Shown: positions 48,754 through 59,383, counted from the first letter of the stretch. The stretch is DNA of 64,000 bases from an uncultured Acidobacteriota bacterium (GCA_963700145.1 OY969474.1:96001-160000); one strand, 5' to 3'. The notes: generated by a model from the letters alone, not told the origin. A program made the numbers and translations.

Positions 48754-51171
48754 ATGGACACCCTGCTGCAGGACCTGCGCTTCGGCCTCCGTACGCTCCG
48801 GCAGAGCCCCGGCTTCACCTTCGTGGCCGTGCTCTGCATCGCCTTGGGCATCGGGGTGAACATCACCATCTTCAGCGTCGTCAACGCCATCCTGCTGCGG
48901 CCGCTGCCCTTCAACGAGCCGGAGCGGATCGTCGTCGTCCACTCGACGCAGGTCAAGAACGACATCGACGACGCCGGGGTCTCCTACCTCGACCTCCGCG
49001 ACCTGAAGGAGGAGTCCGACCGGCTCTTCACCGAGATCGCCGCCACCACCGGCCGCAGCCTCACCCTGGGCGGCGGCGAGGAGCCCGAGCGCGTCCTCGG
49101 CGCCGGCATCACCGCGAACCTGCTGCCGATGCTCGGCATCCAGCCGGTCGTCGGGCGCCTCTTCCGCGCCGACGAGGACCGCCCCGGCGCGCCGAACGTG
49201 GTCCTGCTGTCGAACGACCTCTGGCTCCGCCGCTACGGCGGCGACCGCAAGATTGTCGGCAGCACCATCCTGGTCAACGCCGAGCCGCACACCGTGGTCG
49301 GCGTCATGCCCCCGCGCTTCCGCTTCCCCTACCAGCAGGACGCCTGGGTGCCGCTGGCGCCGCTGGTCTACGAGGAGGAGCGCTCCGAGCGTTCGCTCTG
49401 GGTGCTGGCGCGGCTGGCGCCGCGGATGACCGTGCCGCAGGCGCAGGCGGCGATCGAGGCCTTCGCCAAGCGCCAGGCCGAGCGCTACCCCGCCGTCCAC
49501 GCCGGCTGGAGCGCCGCGGTGTTCACGCTGCGCCGCGAGATGGTGGAGGAGGAGGTGCAGCTCATGGTGCTGACGATGCAGGGGGCCGTCTTCTTCGTCC
49601 TCCTCATCGCCGGGGCGAACGTCGCCAACCTGCTGCTGGCACGCGCCACGGCGCGGCAGCGCGAGGTCGCCATCCGCTCCGCCTTCGGCGCCAGCCGCTG
49701 GCGCATCGTCCGCCAGCTCCTGACCGAGAGCCTCATGGTGTCGCTGCTCGGCGGCGCGCTCGGCGTGCTCGTCGGGCAGTGGGGGATCAAGCTCCTCGAC
49801 GCCGCGATGCCGGCCGACAACCCGCCCCCCTACTGGATGTACTGGGAGATCGACCGCTCGGTGCTCCTCTTCACCGTCGTGCTGGCGGTCGTCACCGGCA
49901 TCATCTTCGGCCTGGCGCCGGCGCTCCAGGCCGCCAAGCCCGACCTCAACGGCGCGCTCAAGGAGGGGGGGCGCGGCTCGGGCGGCAGCGTCGCCCGCAA
50001 CAAGCTGCGCAACACGCTGGTGGTGCTCGAGGTGGCCCTGTCGCTGGTGCTGCTGGTCGGTGCCTCGCTCTTCGTGCGCAGCTTCATGAAGCTGCAGGGG
50101 GCGAGCGGCGGCTTCGACCCGGCGCACATCCTCACCCTGCGCATCCACCTCCCGGGCGACGTCTACGAGGAGGAGCTGCCGAAGACGCGCAAGGTCGAGG
50201 AGCTGGCGCGCGTGCTGGCGGCGGTGCCCGGCGTCCAGGCGGTCGGCGCCTCGAACAACATCCCGCTCGGAGGAGGAGGCGGCGGCGCCAGCGTGCTGAT
50301 CGAAGGGCAGCCGGTGGCGCCGGGGGAGGAGCCGGGGATCTTCTACACCGGCATCACCGCCGACTGGCTCCGGGCGCTGGACATCCGGCCCACGGCCGGC
50401 CGCGGCTTTACAGAAGGCGAGGCGGGCTCGCGGTCGGCGGTGGCGCTGGTCAACGCGACCTTCGCGCAGCGCTTCTGGAAGGGGGACGCGGTCGGGCGCC
50501 GCTTCCGCTTGAAGGACGAGGAGGACACGCGCTGGATCACCGTCGTCGGCGTCGTCCCCGACTTCAAGAACGAGGACCTCAACGACGACACCGAGCCCTC
50601 GGCCTACCTGCCCTTCCCCTACCTCGCGATCCGCAACACGGGGTTCCTGCTGCGCACGCGCGGCGAGCCGCTCGAGACGGCGACCGCGGCGCGCGCGGCG
50701 ATCCGCGCCGCCGATCCGGGCATCCCGGTCTTCGAGGTGGCGGACATGCAAACGGTGCGGATGAGCGGGGTCTGGGAGTACGGCCTCTTCGGCAAGATGT
50801 TCTCGACCTTCGGCATCATCGCCCTCTTCCTCGCCGCGATCGGCGTCTACGGCGTCCTCTCCTACGTCGTCGGCCAGCGGATCCGCGAGATCGGCGTGCG
50901 GGTGGCGCTCGGGGCGCAGCGCTGGCACGTGCTGCGGCTGGTGGTGCGGCAGGGGCTGGTGCTGGCGCTCTGCGGCATCGGCTTGGGGCTGATCGGCGCC
51001 TTCGGCGTGACGCGCGTGGTGGGGGAGATCCTCTACGACGTCTCGCCCACCGACCCGGTGAGCTTCGTCGCGATCTCGCTGCTCCTCGCCGGCATCGCCT
51101 GCCTCGCCAGCTACGTGCCGGCGCGGCGGGCGACCGCCGTCGATCCGCTGGAGGCGCTGCGGGCGGAGTAG
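48754..51171 (+). CDS. Duplicated MacB/FtsX ABC permease (ADOP type)
   Basis: MDTLLQDLRFGLR, ANVANLLLAR, REIGVRVALGA and VDPLEALRAE. Confidence 0.92.
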   Translation: MDTLLQDLRFGLRTLRQSPGFTFVAVLCIALGIGVNITIFSVVNAILLRPLPFNEPERIVVVHSTQVKNDIDDAGVSYLDLRDLKEESDRLFTEIAATTGRSLTLGGGEEPERVLGAGITANLLPMLGIQPVVGRLFRADEDRPGAPNVVLLSNDLWLRRYGGDRKIVGSTILVNAEPHTVVGVMPPRFRFPYQQDAWVPLAPLVYEEERSERSLWVLARLAPRMTVPQAQAAIEAFAKRQAERYPAVHAGWSAAVFTLRREMVEEEVQLMVLTMQGAVFFVLLIAGANVANLLLARATARQREVAIRSAFGASRWRIVRQLLTESLMVSLLGGALGVLVGQWGIKLLDAAMPADNPPPYWMYWEIDRSVLLFTVVLAVVTGIIFGLAPALQAAKPDLNGALKEGGRGSGGSVARNKLRNTLVVLEVALSLVLLVGASLFVRSFMKLQGASGGFDPAHILTLRIHLPGDVYEEELPKTRKVEELARVLAAVPGVQAVGASNNIPLGGGGGGASVLIEGQPVAPGEEPGIFYTGITADWLRALDIRPTAGRGFTEGEAGSRSAVALVNATFAQRFWKGDAVGRRFRLKDEEDTRWITVVGVVPDFKNEDLNDDTEPSAYLPFPYLAIRNTGFLLRTRGEPLETATAARAAIRAADPGIPVFEVADMQTVRMSGVWEYGLFGKMFSTFGIIALFLAAIGVYGVLSYVVGQRIREIGVRVALGAQRWHVLRLVVRQGLVLALCGIGLGLIGAFGVTRVVGEILYDVSPTDPVSFVAISLLLAGIACLASYVPARRATAVDPLEALRAE

Positions 51172-51183
51172 TAGGCTGGCCGC

Positions 51184-52737
51184 ATGCGACGGCCCGCCGC
51201 CCGCGCTCTCCTCGCTTTCCTCACGCTTCCCGCCCTGCTCGCCGCGGCGCCGCTCGCCGCCGAGGAGCTGGGCCGCGTCGACTTCCCGACCTCGGCGCGC
51301 TCGCCCGAGGCGCAGCGGCAGTTCCTGCGCGGCCTCGCCGCCCTCCACAGCTTCTGGTACGACGAGGCGGCCGACGCCTTCCGCGCCGCGCGCGCGGCCG
51401 AGCCGGGCTTCGCGCTGGCGCACTGGGGGGAGGCCCTCTCCCACCACCATCCGATCTGGGCCGAGGAGGACCTGGAGGCGTCACGCGCCGCGCTGGCGGC
51501 GCTCGCCCCGACCGCGGCGGAGCGGGCGGCGAAGGCGCCGACCGAGCGCGAGCGGGGCTACCTGGCCGCGGTCGAGACGCTCTTCGGCGACGGCGAACGG
51601 GCGGCGCGCGAGGCCCGCTACGCCGAGGCGATGGAGCGGCACGCCGCGCGCTTCCCCGACGACCTCGAAGCGGCGAGCCTCTGGGCGCTCGCGGTCATCG
51701 CGCCGGCGCTCAACGCCGAGGCCGGCGAGGCGCGGACCCGCGCCCTGGTGCGCGCCGCGGCGCGGCTCGAGGAGCTGTTCGACAGAAACCCCGAGCACCC
51801 CGGCGTCGTCCACTACCTGATCCACGCCTACGACGACCCGACCCACGCGCCGCTCGGGCTGCGCGCGGCGCGGGTCTACGCGCGCGTCGCGCCCGCTGCC
51901 CACCACGCCCTCCACATGCCGTCGCACATCTTCGTCCAGCTCGGGCGCTGGGAGGAGGCAATCGCCTCGAACCAGGCCGCTTGGGCCGCGTCCGCCGCCT
52001 GGGTGGAGCGGCGCGGCATGGCGCCCGACAAGCGCGACTTCCACAGCCTCTCCTGGCTGCACTACGCGCAGCTCCAGCAGGGGCGGGTCGAGGCGGCGCG
52101 AGCGACGCTGGCGATCGCCCGCGCCGCAGCCGCGGAGGCCCCGACGCCGCGGACGGCGAACGCGCTGCGGACGATGGAGGCGCGGCAGCTCGTCGAGGCC
52201 GGCGAGGCGCCGGCGGTGCGGACGGCGGCGGCGGCGGACGGCGCGGCGGCGCCCGCGAAAGGCTCTGGCCCGCACGCCGGGCACGGCGGCGGCGACAGCG
52301 GCCCGCGCGGCGCCGACCTCCTGGCGCGCGGCCTCGCCGCGGCGCGGGCGGGCGACCTCGACGGGGCGGCGGCGATCGAGACCGAGCTCGCGGCGCTGGC
52401 GGCAGAAGCCGGCCCGAGCTATCGCGACCGGCCGCTGCGCATCGCGGCCAAGGAAGTGGCCGGCGTGCTCCGCGTGCGGCAGGGGAAGGTCGAGGAGGGG
52501 CTGGCGCTCCTCGCCGAGGCCGCGGCGCTGGAGGCCGAGATGCCGCCGCCGATGGGGCCGCCGGAGCCGGTCAAGCCTGCCGCCGAGCTGCTCGGCGAGG
52601 CGCTCCTCGACCTCGGCCGCCCGGCCGAGGCCGCCGCGCGCTTCGCCGAAGCGCTCCTGCGCATGCCCAACCGCGCGCTCTCCGTCGCCGGTGCGGCGCG
52701 TGCTACGGCGGCGCTCACTCCGCCGGCGGCGCGCTGA
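51184..52737 (+). CDS. Secreted TPR-like helical repeat protein
   Basis: Signal peptide, LGRVDFPTS, HPGVVHYLIHAYD and HALHMPSHIF motifs. Confidence 0.78.
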   Translation: MRRPAARALLAFLTLPALLAAAPLAAEELGRVDFPTSARSPEAQRQFLRGLAALHSFWYDEAADAFRAARAAEPGFALAHWGEALSHHHPIWAEEDLEASRAALAALAPTAAERAAKAPTERERGYLAAVETLFGDGERAAREARYAEAMERHAARFPDDLEAASLWALAVIAPALNAEAGEARTRALVRAAARLEELFDRNPEHPGVVHYLIHAYDDPTHAPLGLRAARVYARVAPAAHHALHMPSHIFVQLGRWEEAIASNQAAWAASAAWVERRGMAPDKRDFHSLSWLHYAQLQQGRVEAARATLAIARAAAAEAPTPRTANALRTMEARQLVEAGEAPAVRTAAAADGAAAPAKGSGPHAGHGGGDSGPRGADLLARGLAAARAGDLDGAAAIETELAALAAEAGPSYRDRPLRIAAKEVAGVLRVRQGKVEEGLALLAEAAALEAEMPPPMGPPEPVKPAAELLGEALLDLGRPAEAAARFAEALLRMPNRALSVAGAARATAALTPPAAR

Positions 52738-54133
52738 GCGCCGGCGGAGGCGGCGGGCCGACCAGCAGCGGCAGGAGCGGCGGCGGCGGCAGGTCGAAGC
52801 ACTTCCCCCAGCGCACCATCTCGGCGAGCGCGCCGCCGTCGTGGGGCAGGCGGCGGCCGCTCCAGTCGACGCACACCTCGCGGCCGCCGGTGTCGCGCAC
52901 CGTCATCAGCATGAACTGCCCGTCGTAGCCGCGCCGGCCGATGCGGTTGGGGTGGACGCCCTCGCTGTACGGCCCCCCCTTGACCGAGCCGCGGCGGTCG
53001 AGCGCGGCGGCGTGGACGACGGGGAAGCCCGGGCCGCCGCCGTTCGCGTAGCCGCTGTGGCTGCCGTCGTCGATCGCCAGCATGTGCGCGTCGCCGGAGA
53101 GGACGAAGAGGTCGTCGATCCGCTCGCGGACGAGGAACTCCGCCAGCTCGCGCCGCTCGGTCGAATAAGCCCCCCAGCCGTCGTTGCGCCGGTCGGCGCC
53201 GCCGATCCAGGCGTTGGTGCTCACCCAGGCCACCAGCTCGCCGGCGTCGCGCGCGGCCAGCAGCTCGCGCTTCCACCACGCCTTCTGCGCCGCGCCCATC
53301 GCGGTCTTGCCGGCGGTGTCCGCGGCGCCGCGCGGCGAGCGCTCGGAGCGCAGGTCGGTGACGACGAAGCGCAGGCGCCCGGCGTGGAAGCTCTGGTAGA
53401 TCGGCACGTCGCCGCGGCCGGCGGCGAGCGGGTAGTGGGGGACGACCTCCTGGTAGACGCGGCGCACGGCGCGCCGCCCGCGGCTGGTGCGGTCGGAGTT
53501 GTTGCCGCCGAAGTCGTGGTCGTCCCAGACGTAGGCGATCGGCAGCGACCGGTAGAGGTGCGCCTGGCGGGGCGCGGTCAGCGCTCGGGCGTAGGCCAGC
53601 CGGTAGACCGACGGATCGTCGGCCGCCAGGTCCTCGTAGTGGAAGTCGCCGAGGTGGAGGAAGAGGAGCGGGTCGAGCTTGCGGATCTCGTCCCACACCC
53701 CGCTGTCGGAGCCGGTGCTGGCGCAGGAGCCGAAGGCGACGGTGAAGGAGGCGGGGCCGGTGGGGAAGGTGCGGAAGCGGCCGCGCCGCGCGAAGTCGAT
53801 CTCGTCGCCGGCGGCGACGGCGTAGTGGTAGAGGGTCGCCGGACGGAGGCCGGTGATGTGAAACGTGACGACGTCGCCCTGGTCGGGGTCGGGCCGCTCC
53901 GGCGGTGAGGCGATGGGGGCGGCGAGGTCCTCGCGCGGGCTGACCAGGAGGCGGACGCTGCGCCCGGCCGCGACCTTCGCCTTGACGGTGGCGCCGTCCG
54001 GCGTCACCGCCCCCGACCAGACCCATTCGACCAGCGACGCCGGCTCCGCCTGCTTCGGCGAGAGCCATGCCGGCAGGCCGCAGCGGCCGAGCGCGGCGGC
54101 GACGAGCGCGGCGGCGAGGAGCGCCCGCGTCAC
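52715..54133 (-). CDS. phoD: Alkaline phosphatase D family protein
   Basis: FGSC, HLGDFHY, WDDHD, DLRSER and SGDAH motifs; GTGA overlap with the upstream stop. Confidence 0.85.
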   Translation of the reverse strand: MTRALLAAALVAAALGRCGLPAWLSPKQAEPASLVEWVWSGAVTPDGATVKAKVAAGRSVRLLVSPREDLAAPIASPPERPDPDQGDVVTFHITGLRPATLYHYAVAAGDEIDFARRGRFRTFPTGPASFTVAFGSCASTGSDSGVWDEIRKLDPLLFLHLGDFHYEDLAADDPSVYRLAYARALTAPRQAHLYRSLPIAYVWDDHDFGGNNSDRTSRGRRAVRRVYQEVVPHYPLAAGRGDVPIYQSFHAGRLRFVVTDLRSERSPRGAADTAGKTAMGAAQKAWWKRELLAARDAGELVAWVSTNAWIGGADRRNDGWGAYSTERRELAEFLVRERIDDLFVLSGDAHMLAIDDGSHSGYANGGGPGFPVVHAAALDRRGSVKGGPYSEGVHPNRIGRRGYDGQFMLMTVRDTGGREVCVDWSGRRLPHDGGALAEMVRWGKCFDLPPPPLLPLLVGPPPPPALSAPPAE

Positions 54134-56430
54134 AGGTAGCCGAGCGCGGCGAGGGCGCGCCGCGTCTCCTCGTCCATCGCGGCCCGCTCGGGCCGCAGGC
54201 CGCCGCGGGCGGCCAGCAGCTCGCCGCGCGCCAGCGCCGCGAGCCAGGAGCGGCGCACTGGGTTTGCGTCGGCGAGGTCGCGCCGCTCGCCGGGGTCCGC
54301 TTCGACGTCGAAGAGCCGCGGCCGGCGGCCGGCGGCGACCGGGAGCGGCTGGATCAACTTCCAGCCGCCGGCGGTCACGGCGATGCCGCGGCGCCCTTCG
54401 TAGCTCAGGTGGGAGAAGGCCGGGCGCTCGCGCCAGGGCGTGTCGTCGCCCGCGGCGGCGAGCCGCGCCAGGTCGTCGGCGAGCCGCGCCAGGTCGGCTC
54501 CGGGCAGCTCGGGCGCCGGGCCGAGGCCGGCGGTCGCGAGGAGGGTCGGCACGACGTCGAGCTGCTGCGCCAGGACGGCCAGGCGCCTCCCCGCGCGCTG
54601 CCGCGGGACCTTCACGATCAGGGGGATGCGCAGCGTCTCGGCGTGGAGGTCGTGGGCGTGGCCGAGCGCGCCGCGCTCGTCGAACGCTTCGCCGTGATCG
54701 GCGAGGAGTGCCACGAGGGCGCCGTCGAGCCGCCGGCGCGCGGCGAGCGCGTCGAGCAGGGCGCCGAAGGCGCCGTCGGCGGCCGCCACCTCGGCGTCGT
54801 AGAGGCGCTCGAGGTCGGCGACGCGGCGCGCCCGCTCGGCGCCGCGGGCGGCGTAGGCGGCCTCGACCCCGGCGCGGGTCCCGGCGCGCGGCCGCACCCC
54901 GGGGGCGAAGCGCGCCCGCAGGTCGGCGGGGGGCGTGTAAGGGGCGTGCGGCTCGAGGGCGTGGAGGTAGACGAAGACGGGAGCGCCCGGCGGCTGCGCG
55001 TCGAGCCAGGCGAGGGCGCGGCGGCCGACCTCCTCGGCGCCGGTCTGGCGCGGCAGCTCCGCGAAGAGGTCGAAGCCCTGGGCGAAGCCGGTGGCCTCGG
55101 CGAGGTGCGCGTTGGTGCTGAAGGCCGCGGTGCGGTAGCCGGCGGCACGCAGCCGCTCGGCGAGGGTGACGGCCGCCTCGGGCAGTCGGTCGTCGAGGGT
55201 CGTGACCCCGTGGCGGAGCGGGCCGAGGCCGGTGAAGACGGTGGCGACGGCAGGGCGCGTCCACGGCGCCTGCGCCACCGCCCGCTCGCAGAGGAGCGCG
55301 GAGGCGGCGAAGGCGTCGATCCGCGGCGTCAGCCCACGGCGGCCGCCGTAGGCGCCGAGGCGGTCGGCACGGAGGGCGTCGATCAGGTAGACGAAGAGAT
55401 CGGGTGGACGGGGGGAGCTGGGTAGGGAAGAGATCCGGTTTGCGGCGAGGGTAGGAGCAGGGGAGGAAGACGTCGCGGCGGTCGGCCCCGCTAGCTCCGT
55501 TGTGCCCGACTCGGCTGCGACACGGAGCTCGGGCGCGAAGAGACGCAGGCCACCGCCCGGCGCGCCGTCGCCGGGGAGGGCGCGCAAGACGACCCGCAGC
55601 AAGCGTCCTCCCTCGCCCGGCAGCGGCAGCGCGTGCCCTCGCTGAACGGCATCGCTTCGCGCCACCTCTCTCTCCACCCCGCCCTCTTCCTGCGCGGCGA
55701 CGCTCAGCCACCCGCGGCCGCCCGCGACCTCGACGCGCTCGAAGGCCAGCCTCGCCTCGCCCGCTAGGTCGAAGACGTAGGCGACCTCCGTCCCCCAGGG
55801 CAGGAAGAGGGCGCGCGCGGCGGGCTCCGCGCGCGGCGGCGCTGGCGCCGCCAGCGGCCGCAGCCGCAGGTCGTGCCAGGCGATCGCCAGCCGGCGGCGG
55901 TCCCGCCGCCCGCCCGCGCCGCCGGCCGCCCGCGCTGCCGGCGCGGAGCGGAAGGCGAGGCGGTTCTCGCCGGCGCGGAGCAGCCGGCGCGGCAGGGCGA
56001 AGGAGGCGTCGTGGAGGCCCGGCGCGAGCGCCAGCGTGGCGGCGGGACGCCCGTTGACGAGCACCCTCACGCGCCGCGGCGGCGAGCCGGCGAGCGGCGC
56101 GGCGCGCAGCGTGGCGACGAGGTCGCGCGGCGCGACGAGATGGAAGGCAAGCGTCGAGACGGCCCCGCGCCCCCAGACGAACGTCTCGCCGCCGCGCCCG
56201 CGCTCGTTGCCGTGCCAGCCGGCGAGGAGGTGCGGCCGCGCCGCCGGGGTGCCGAAGTCGATGCGCCCGGTCTCCGCCCGCACCTCGGCGAGGGGGAAGG
56301 CGGCGGTCAGGTCGTGGACGCGCTCCGGAGGAGTGTCGGCGCCGCAGCCGGTGAGCGCAAGGGCGAAGAGTCCCCCCGCCCAGATCCCTCGCTGCGCTCG
56401 GGATGACAATCGTTGCAGCGCTCGTTGCAA
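54130..56430 (-). CDS. Sulfatase/alkaline-phosphatase superfamily lipoprotein
   Basis: LIDALRAD, PWTRPAVATVFTG, EPHAPY, ADHGE..GHAH and C-terminal LAALGYL; start uncertain (TTG). Confidence 0.82.
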   Translation of the reverse strand: MQRALQRLSSRAQRGIWAGGLFALALTGCGADTPPERVHDLTAAFPLAEVRAETGRIDFGTPAARPHLLAGWHGNERGRGGETFVWGRGAVSTLAFHLVAPRDLVATLRAAPLAGSPPRRVRVLVNGRPAATLALAPGLHDASFALPRRLLRAGENRLAFRSAPAARAAGGAGGRRDRRRLAIAWHDLRLRPLAAPAPPRAEPAARALFLPWGTEVAYVFDLAGEARLAFERVEVAGGRGWLSVAAQEEGGVEREVARSDAVQRGHALPLPGEGGRLLRVVLRALPGDGAPGGGLRLFAPELRVAAESGTTELAGPTAATSSSPAPTLAANRISSLPSSPRPPDLFVYLIDALRADRLGAYGGRRGLTPRIDAFAASALLCERAVAQAPWTRPAVATVFTGLGPLRHGVTTLDDRLPEAAVTLAERLRAAGYRTAAFSTNAHLAEATGFAQGFDLFAELPRQTGAEEVGRRALAWLDAQPPGAPVFVYLHALEPHAPYTPPADLRARFAPGVRPRAGTRAGVEAAYAARGAERARRVADLERLYDAEVAAADGAFGALLDALAARRRLDGALVALLADHGEAFDERGALGHAHDLHAETLRIPLIVKVPRQRAGRRLAVLAQQLDVVPTLLATAGLGPAPELPGADLARLADDLARLAAAGDDTPWRERPAFSHLSYEGRRGIAVTAGGWKLIQPLPVAAGRRPRLFDVEADPGERRDLADANPVRRSWLAALARGELLAARGGLRPERAAMDEETRRALAALGYL
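56371..56408 (-). repeat. Half copy of the REP-like element at 61001
   Basis: Reverse complement TGTCATCCCGAGCGCAGCGAGGGATCTGGGCGGGGGGA matches the left arm at about 61001-61038. Confidence 0.75.
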
Positions 56431-56434
56431 CCCA

Positions 56435-57247
56435 CTACAGCTTCTTCAGCAGCTCGCGCCAGCGCTCCCAGGCCTTGGTCCGGGCCTCGCGGTCGGCGGG
56501 GGGGCCGTCGGGCGTCTCGCCCGAGCGCATGAAGCCGTGCCCGGCGCCCTCGTAGATCACCGGCTCGAAGGTCTTGCCCGCCGCCTTCGTCAGCTCGGTC
56601 GACTTGGGGATCGTGGCGTTGACCCGCTCGTCGTTGCCGCCGTAGAAGCCGTGGACCGGCACGGCGATGCCGTCCACACCCTCCGGCGTGTCCGGGCCGG
56701 TGCCGTAGAAGGGGTAGGCCCCCGCCAGCTTGCCGCCGCGATGGTCGGCGAAGCGCCAGGTCGCCGCGCCGCCCCAGCAGAAGCCGGCCACGGCCACCTT
56801 GCCGCTGGCGGCGGGGAGGGCGGCGACGTAGTCGGCGACGGCGTCGAGGTCGCGCAGCACCTGGTCCGGCGGCAGCTTGTAGATCCCCTCGCGCGCGGCG
56901 TCCTCGCTCGGATAGTCGGAGGTTTTGCCACCCCCCGGCGCGGTGCCCGAAAGGAGGTCGGGGGCGATGGCGATGTAGCCGGCCGCCGCGAGCTGGTCGG
57001 CGACGCCGCGCACCCAGTCGGTGAGGCCGCGGTTCTCGTGGATGACGATCACGGCCGCCGCCTTGCCCGCGACCTCGGGGAAGGCGAGGTAGGCGTGGAC
57101 GGTCCGGTCGCCGGCCTTGACCGCCACCCACTCGTGGTGGCGCGGCGAGGTCTCGAGGCGCGACTTGCCGTTCTCGTCGGCGTCGCAGGCGACGGCGGCG
57201 AAGAGCGCGAAGGTGAACGTGGCGAAAGCGGAGAGAGCGGTTTTCAT
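56435..57247 (-). CDS. Dienelactone hydrolase family protein
   Basis: IHENRGL, GFCWGG nucleophile elbow, DERV and GAGHGF. Confidence 0.9.
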   Translation of the reverse strand: MKTALSAFATFTFALFAAVACDADENGKSRLETSPRHHEWVAVKAGDRTVHAYLAFPEVAGKAAAVIVIHENRGLTDWVRGVADQLAAAGYIAIAPDLLSGTAPGGGKTSDYPSEDAAREGIYKLPPDQVLRDLDAVADYVAALPAASGKVAVAGFCWGGAATWRFADHRGGKLAGAYPFYGTGPDTPEGVDGIAVPVHGFYGGNDERVNATIPKSTELTKAAGKTFEPVIYEGAGHGFMRSGETPDGPPADREARTKAWERWRELLKKL

Positions 57248-57318
57248 GGGCGTCCTCCTCGGCAGCGGTATCACGGGCCGCTCATTCTAGCGGACGCTCC
57301 CGCGGCGAGCGTTCGCGA

Positions 57319-59274
57319 TCAGGGCCGCGTGAGGAGGAACAGCCCACCTCCTCCTCCGGTCACGGCGTAGACGTCGCGCGGCCGGCCGGAATCGAGGACC
57401 AGGGCGGTGGCCGCGGAGGAGGGGAGCGGCGCCCCGCCGAGCAGCGTCCAAGTCGCACCCTCGTCGTCGCTGGCGTGGACCTCGCCGAATGCCGAGGCGA
57501 CGAAGAAGGTTCGGGGAAGGGTGACGCTGACGGCCAGGACGCGCGCCCATTCGAAGAGCGGATGCGGCGCCCCGAGCGGCGACCAGGTCCTGGCGCGGTC
57601 CTGGCTCGCGAACGCGCCCACGCCGTCGATCGACGGCCGCAGCGCGTAGAGCGTGCCGGGTTGGTGGGGGTCGCCTTCGAGGTCCTCGAGCGAGTGCGGG
57701 CTGCTCGCCCGGCGTGCCCAGGTGGCGCCGGCGTCGGTGCTGGTGTACACCGTTTCGCCCGTCAGCGCGTGAACGGTCTCGGGCTCACCGACGTCGAAGG
57801 CGAAGTCGAGGACCGCCACGCCGGGGATCGGCAGGTCGAGGCGCGTCCAGCTCGCGGCGCCGTCCTCGCTGCGGAAGAGCGCGTGCTCGGGGTGCCGGCC
57901 CTCCGGGTCCGGCACGTCGATCCAGCCCGCGGCGAGCAGGAAATCCGGGACCATGGGATGGGCCGCCAGGCGCTCGATCACGTGCCCTTCCAGCCCCTCG
58001 CCGGCGGCCTCCCAGGTCGTTCCGTCGTCCACGCTCTTGTGGACGCCGCCGTGACTCCCCACGTAGATCTCACCCGGCCGCCACGGCGCGAAGACGATCG
58101 TGTAGATGCGGAACGTGGCGCGGCGCAGCTCCTCGGAGAGGCGGGTCCAGGTGAGGCCCCGGTCGCGGCTCTCCGAGAGGCCGTCGTGGGCGGCGAGGAG
58201 CCGCCCCGGCGTGAAGGGGTCGACCGCGGCGGCGAACACGTAGGACGCGCGCAGGCCGTGGTCGGAGGGCCGCCAGGTGCCGCCGCCGTCGGCGCTGCGC
58301 AGGACGCCGCTCGCTCCGAGGCCGGCGTAGAGGCGGGCGGGATGGAGCGGATCGACCGCCACCGCGAAGACCACCTCGGTGAAGCGCAGGCGCTTCCAGC
58401 TCGCGCCGCCATCGCGGCTGCGGAAGAGCTCGCCGACCTGGCCGTGGCCCGAACGCCGCAGCACGCCCGCGTAGAGCATCGCCGGGTTGGACGGGTCGAA
58501 CGCGGGCACCACGTTGTCGAGTCCTTCTCCCATCCCCTTCACGGCGGGCGCCCAACTCGCGCCGCCGTCGCGGCTCCTGAAGAGGCCCCCGTTGCCGAAA
58601 CCGCCGAAGGCCGCGAACAGCACCTTCGGCTGCCGCGGATCGATGAGCAGCGTGTGAACGCCGAAAGGGAACCCTGTGCCGATGCGCGTCCACGTCGCGC
58701 CGCCGTCGCGGCTGCGAAAGAGACGCAGAAAGGTCGCGGCATAGACCAGGTCCGGATCGCTCGGGTGGAAGGCGACGGCGCCGGCGTGGTCCTCGAGGGG
58801 AGTGCGGGACCAGCTCGCGCCGCCGTCGAGGCTCCGCCAGAGCCCGCCGAAGTCGGTGGCGTAGAGCCGCTGCGGTGCGGCGGGTGGGAGGTACAGCCGC
58901 TGCAGCCCTTCCGGGGCGCTCATCGGGGTGAAGGTCGCGCCGCGATCGAGACTCTTGAAGAGCCCGGCCGAGGGCGAGAGCGCCCAGATCGTCCGCGGCC
59001 GGCGCGCGTGCACCGCCACCGTGAAGTCCGTAGCGCGAGGCAGCGGCGCCCGCGTCCAGCTCCGGCCGGCGTCGATCGAGCGAAAGATCCCGTTGCCGGT
59101 CTCGGCGAAGACGGTGCCCGCGGTATCTGCGGCGACCGCGAGCCCGAAGACCCGCCCGCCGAAGGGACCGGCGGCGGTCCAGCGGTCCAGGCCCGCGGCG
59201 GCGGGGCGCGGAGCGAGCGCGGCGAGGAGGAGCGGCAGGGCGAAGGGGAGGAGACGGCGGCGATCGTGCGGCAT
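57319..59274 (-). CDS. Secreted BNR/Asp-box repeat beta-propeller protein
   Basis: Signal peptide and many SxDGGxxW boxes. Confidence 0.82.
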   Translation of the reverse strand: MPHDRRRLLPFALPLLLAALAPRPAAAGLDRWTAAGPFGGRVFGLAVAADTAGTVFAETGNGIFRSIDAGRSWTRAPLPRATDFTVAVHARRPRTIWALSPSAGLFKSLDRGATFTPMSAPEGLQRLYLPPAAPQRLYATDFGGLWRSLDGGASWSRTPLEDHAGAVAFHPSDPDLVYAATFLRLFRSRDGGATWTRIGTGFPFGVHTLLIDPRQPKVLFAAFGGFGNGGLFRSRDGGASWAPAVKGMGEGLDNVVPAFDPSNPAMLYAGVLRRSGHGQVGELFRSRDGGASWKRLRFTEVVFAVAVDPLHPARLYAGLGASGVLRSADGGGTWRPSDHGLRASYVFAAAVDPFTPGRLLAAHDGLSESRDRGLTWTRLSEELRRATFRIYTIVFAPWRPGEIYVGSHGGVHKSVDDGTTWEAAGEGLEGHVIERLAAHPMVPDFLLAAGWIDVPDPEGRHPEHALFRSEDGAASWTRLDLPIPGVAVLDFAFDVGEPETVHALTGETVYTSTDAGATWARRASSPHSLEDLEGDPHQPGTLYALRPSIDGVGAFASQDRARTWSPLGAPHPLFEWARVLAVSVTLPRTFFVASAFGEVHASDDEGATWTLLGGAPLPSSAATALVLDSGRPRDVYAVTGGGGGLFLLTRP

Positions 59275-59383
59275 TGTGCAGTTCCTACGGCGCGGCGGTG
59301 GCCTGCCGTCTAACCGCTATACTGCGCAAAAGATTGCACACCGCGCCGGTCCGCCCCGAGGGGAGACCGCAGGGAGCTTCCGG

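Noticed and set aside
48150-52928. 1592-aa plus-strand ORF and similar long alternative-frame ORFs (e.g. 7409-10690, 42467-46282, 23845-27090)
   Set aside because: Off-frame or antisense shadows of well-supported genes, caused by stop-codon scarcity at high GC.
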